Shown: positions 60,144 to 64,000 of the stretch, piece after piece
Numbering within the stretch: the stretch's first letter is position 1
Layout of the letters: each line of letters begins with the position of its first letter
Assembly (NCBI GenBank): GCA_043228905.1
Contig: JBHGNT010000017.1
Coordinates: forward strand, 12,834,001 to 12,898,000
Direction of reading: 5' to 3'
Length of the DNA: 64,000 nt
Source of the DNA: Azolla caroliniana
Taxonomy: Eukaryota > Plantae > Polypodiophyta
Made by a program: the position numbers and the translations under genes
Notes under the pieces: model-generated
Database searches by the model: none
Seen by the model: only the letters and a program-made list of their open reading frames with translations
What the model was told of the DNA's origin: nothing

Positions 60144-61340
60144 CGCGGAAGACGGCCGATATGTGTGGCCGAGAGTACGGCCAAGAGACGCACGGCCGAG
60201 ACGCGTGGCTGAGAAGACGGCTGAGACGTGCAGTCGAGAGTATGGTCGGGACCCGTGGCCAACAGTACGCCCAAGACGAGACGCATGACCGAGAGTGGTC
60301 GAAAATACAGCCGAGACGCGTGACCGACAGTAGGGCCGAGTGATGGCCACGAAGACACAGACAAAGATGAAAATATAAAGTAGAAGAAGAAAAGAAAGAA
60401 GAAAAAGAGGAGAGAGAAGGAAACGAAGAAAGAGAAGAGGGTCATGAAGAGAAAATTTCAGAAACATAAGGGCAGAGAAGATGAAATTTCAAAAGCTCAA
60501 GGGCATGACATGAGATTTCAAAAAGTGGAGGGTAGAATGCAGAATTTCAAATTCTCAAGGGCCAAAAAAAAAAAAAAAAAACTTGAGGGTAAAAATTTTA
60601 GAGACCAAGGGTATAAAATATAAAGCTCAATTCACATGACGAAACCGAAAAATACACATACATGTAACAAAATCATGAAAGGCCCATGCCGTAATGGAGG
60701 ACAATTGGTGTGTGATCCAATTGAGTGACATGCTGACCGAACGAGAAGGTTCGAGTCAAGCAATGCTCTGATCGAAGTTATCGATCGTAGAGCTATGATC
60801 CGGTCGATGGATTTCCGCCCGTTGAGATGACCGATGGAGTTTCGGTCGTTAATAGTTTCCATGACGAGTGGGTTCACCGTGCGATGCACTGTCCCACAAG
60901 CGTGCCATGTGTTACCCGTAGGAGTTGTACGGGGTGGTATAAGGGTAGAACACGTTAAAGGGGTTGTTCGGTATGTGTAATGTATATGAGTGTGAGGATG
61001 AGTATGTGTGAGCACATGCACAATTATGTGCATGTGACAAGAATGTAACGGTCTCTTTTTGTAACGGACATATTATTTACCGTTACATTATGTATTATAT
61101 AAACCCCTTATGGGGCATGTAATGAGATATAGTTTTTTCCCCTCTTATTTTGGTGTCATTCTTATTTTCACTCTCTCCTTCTCTCTCTCTATCATAACCC
61201 CCCTCGGGAGGGGGTGAAGCCATTCTAGGCTTCACCCCCCACCCCAACAACACTTTTGGCACGCCTGAACGGCCGACCCCCTTGAGAGGAAGTTTATGCC
61301 TCACTCTCCTTCTCCATCACTAATCTCTCTCTATCCCTCT

Positions 61341-62160
61341 TCAGGGGCCGTGCCAGTGTCTCCTCCTGCGTGTCCGTCGGCTGCTTCCGGATGGTGTGCT
61401 CCTTCGCCGCCTGCTCCATGTCGACTGTCTTCCCCTTAGTGGTCTTGGTGGCCAACAACTGCTGTTGTTTTGAAGCAGCTTTCGGGGTGCTGTCCGTTAC
61501 TCTTCCCTGCTTCTTGGTCTGGACGGGCTCTACCGGTGGCGCCAATAGGGTGAGCCATTGCGCCACCGCATGCCATATTTTCCGGCCTTCTTTGGCTTCC
61601 TTACCTCTTACGGTGTTAATAGCCGCACACAATCTATCGGCGATCAGCACCGGCCAATCCATCTTGACCCCTTCGTATGTTGCGATGATCAAGCCTGCTC
61701 GATTCTGAGGCATCATGGGGGGTCGAGGGTATACGTGGTCGAACTCATGGAGTACACGGGAAATTTCTTGGAATAACATATCTTCTCCGCCCTGTGTCCT
61801 GTAGCCCTTGCTGGCCAGAGAATACTCACCGAAGTATTTGATGAACCGTTGGGAGGTAGGGTTGTCAATAGTATAGATGCCCCCCTCCGGAAGGCTTGTT
61901 AATGCGTGAATCGCTTCCTCCGTGATCAGCTCGGTGTCAATTTCTTTGATGATCTTGTCGGCTTCTCTGTGTGGTGGTGCTTCCATGATTGTGAGGAACC
62001 CCTCCAATCCGTGTTGTCGTAGCCATTTCTTGGCCGCCTCAGAGAGAGTTTGGCAGTCCATGTTTGTGTCGAGGTCGAACAACGTTGGTGAGGGTTGTAT
62101 ATGAGGAAGCTCTGTGTGAGGAAGCTCTCTGTGTGTTGGCTCTCTTCTGATGATCTTCAA
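61341..62160 (-). CDS. Extra ORF downstream of the gypsy integrase, unknown function (interrupted by the LTR insertion)
   Basis: About 270 codons open, WLRQHGLEGFL...ITEEAIHALTSLPEGG...DWPVLIAD; same strand as the integrase. Confidence 0.55.
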
Positions 62161-62559
62161 GCGCCTGTGTGCGTTTGTGCTCCTTGGTTCGCGAAAGAAG
62201 AAGGTCTCGATGCGGGGGGGTTCTCTCTACATCTTGGCGCCTTTTTCGAGCCTACGCATGTGCAGGTCGTGTACTATAATAACATTACGTGTCATGTGGC
62301 GGTGGTTTAATGCCCTATTCATAGCCCCCTCGTACCTTTTCGAAGTGCCTCTTTACTCCTCGTTTGCATGGCCATTCCCACCACTCCTTTGCATGATTTC
62401 TTTGATTCGTTTCGATTTTTTTTATTTATTTTTTTTATTTATTTTTTTTAATATCAATTGTTAGGTTAATTCGTCTCCGGTCCTATCGGAACCTTACCCG
62501 AATGAGGAATCTTGTCGGCCTCGTGATGGTTTGCCGTCCTCTTATCCAACCCGTGTGCC

Positions 62560-63782
62560 GGCTCTTTGTTGCCGATACTAATCGGGTTGCCGGTATCTGG
62601 TTCGGCATCGGCCTTTCCTTGTTCAAATGGGTTCCTCGGCATGGGTCCCTTGTATGGCTTTAGTCAAAATCCGTTGACCCACTTACCCAGAACTTCGCCG
62701 GAAAGTGTCCCTAACTAGTAGGATCCATTGAACTCGCGTGTGATCCAGTATGGTCCGGTCCACCGAAACCGTAGTTTCCCCGGCATCTTTCCCATCCGGG
62801 TTTGGAACACTAGTACCGGCTTGCCGATTCCAAACATCTTTTCATTTCCTTTTCGGTGGCGATCCACAAACGCCTTTCTTTGTCGTTGCTCCAGTTCCAA
62901 GTGCATGATACTCGCTAGTCGATGTTCTTCTAGTTCACACAGAGCTGATAACCGAATTGCCTCTGATTCCTTCTCATTTAACCACTCCCTAATCTGAATA
63001 CGTAAGCTCGGGACCTAGAACTCTACCGGCATGACGGCCTCCAATCCGAATGCTAGCCGGAATGGTGTGGTTTGGATGCTTGTTTTGTAGGCTGTCCGGT
63101 AAGCCTAGAGTGTGTTGTGCAACTTCGTATCCCAATCTTTCCGATTTTCGTTGACGATTTTCTGAAGGATATTCTGTAGCGTTTTGTTCGTCGACTCGGC
63201 TAACCCATTTGCTTGCGAATAGTATGGCATGCTCCGTTTATGCACCACGGCATAGAACGACGTCAAGCTTTCCACCACTTGGCCGAGGAAGTGCCCTCCT
63301 TGGTCACTTATTAGCTCGATTGGGCATCCATACTTGCACTAGATGTATTCATACAAGAATTTTGTCGTCGACGCCGTAGTGTTGTTGCACAAGGCTTTGG
63401 CTTCTACCCATTTCGTGCAGTAATATGTAGCTACGATCCCATACCGGTTGCCTGTTCTCATTGCCGGTGGTTTGAATGGACCCACAAAATCCAGCCCCCA
63501 TTTCTGAAATGGTTCTAACGGCAATACCGGCTGGTGCGGCATCCTAGCTTGTTCGGTTGGCTAGCCCATTCGCTGACATAGATCGCATTCTTTAGCATAC
63601 CGAACCGCGTCTTTCAATGTTTTCGGCCACCATAGGCCACTCTACCATATCTTCCTTGCCATAGCATCTTCCACGTAATGGCCTACGGCGACTCTGCAGT
63701 GTGCTTCTCATAGTATTATATCCTTCTCGTCGCTACGCACTGCCCGTCGTCATATACCGTCCGCGCCTTTGTGGTATAGCGT
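62560..63782 (-). pseudogene. gypsy integrase (Athila/Tat/Ogre type), many stops
   Basis: LYHKGADGI..EAHC...[39 protein letters not shown]. Confidence 0.9.
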
Positions 63783-64000
63783 TGTCGTAGTGTAATTCGC
63801 ACACTACGTGAAAAATTACATTTTTGGTCTCTCCGGATAGGGCATGGAGTACCCGGTGAGAATCGGAAGAAGGAACCGGTAAGGACCGAAACCGGTAACG
63901 AGACTCGGCATGAGCCGGATGAAGAAGGCCGGTGAGAATCGGTGAGAAACGGACAAAGAGATCGATAAGGAGGTCCCGGTAAGAACCGAACAAAGAAAAC
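63783..64000. mobile_element. Probable terminus of another LTR element interrupting the gypsy pol
   Basis: Pol homology stops abruptly at TGTCGTAGTG...; CGTAGTGT/ACACTACG hairpin; non-coding afterwards. Other end outside the window. Confidence 0.45.

Larger units (their letters stand above)
45201..61340 (-). mobile_element. Non-autonomous LTR element (LARD-like)
   Basis: 3' LTR ~519 bp split as 45201-45395 + 52909-53232 with PPT AAGGGGATAG; 5' LTR 60910-61340 (outer ~90 bp deleted); tRNA-Arg-like PBS TGGCACGCTTGTGGGAC at 60891-60907; non-coding repetitive interior. Confidence 0.85.
42936..63782 (-). mobile_element. Ty3/gypsy Tat/Athila-like element (3' part), hosting nested insertions
   Basis: 3' LTR 42936-43274 with TGTTA...TAACA termini, minus-strand TATA (CCTATATAAAGG ~43106-43117), PPT AAAAGGGGAAT at 43275-43285; minus-strand extra ORFs and integrase at ~62560-63782. 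Linking both ends as one element is inferred. Confidence 0.7.

Overview
Eukaryotic (land-plant) nuclear DNA at the edge of a tandem 5S rDNA array. The 5S sequence resembles seed-free plants, possibly horsetail-like (from memory, not verified). Bases 1-~42,890 are ~606-bp 5S repeats (about 40 full-length genes), nearly identical on the left and progressively degraded to the right. They are interrupted by a truncated Ty1/copia element (15592-18322) and by a tRNA-Trp-primed Ty3/gypsy element inserted inside a 5S gene (25041-37779), which carries a full-length copia in its 5' LTR (25521-31034). From 42936 to the end is a nest of transposons: a minus-strand Tat/Athila-like gypsy containing a non-coding LTR element, which in turn contains a Tork-like copia and a 7.5-kb DNA transposon. 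The standout is that DNA transposon (45396-52904; 33-bp perfect TIRs, 4-bp TSD confirmed against the empty sister LTR). It carries a Sola/DUF7869-like DDE transposase and, divergently, a six-exon gene for a ParB-like domain fused to a bacterial/phage-type beta-class N6-adenine/N4-cytosine DNA methyltransferase; this copy is pseudogenised. The 5S spacer is also unusual: it holds extra copies of the 5S internal control region and a perfect tRNA-type B-box. All short ORFs over the 5S array are spurious.
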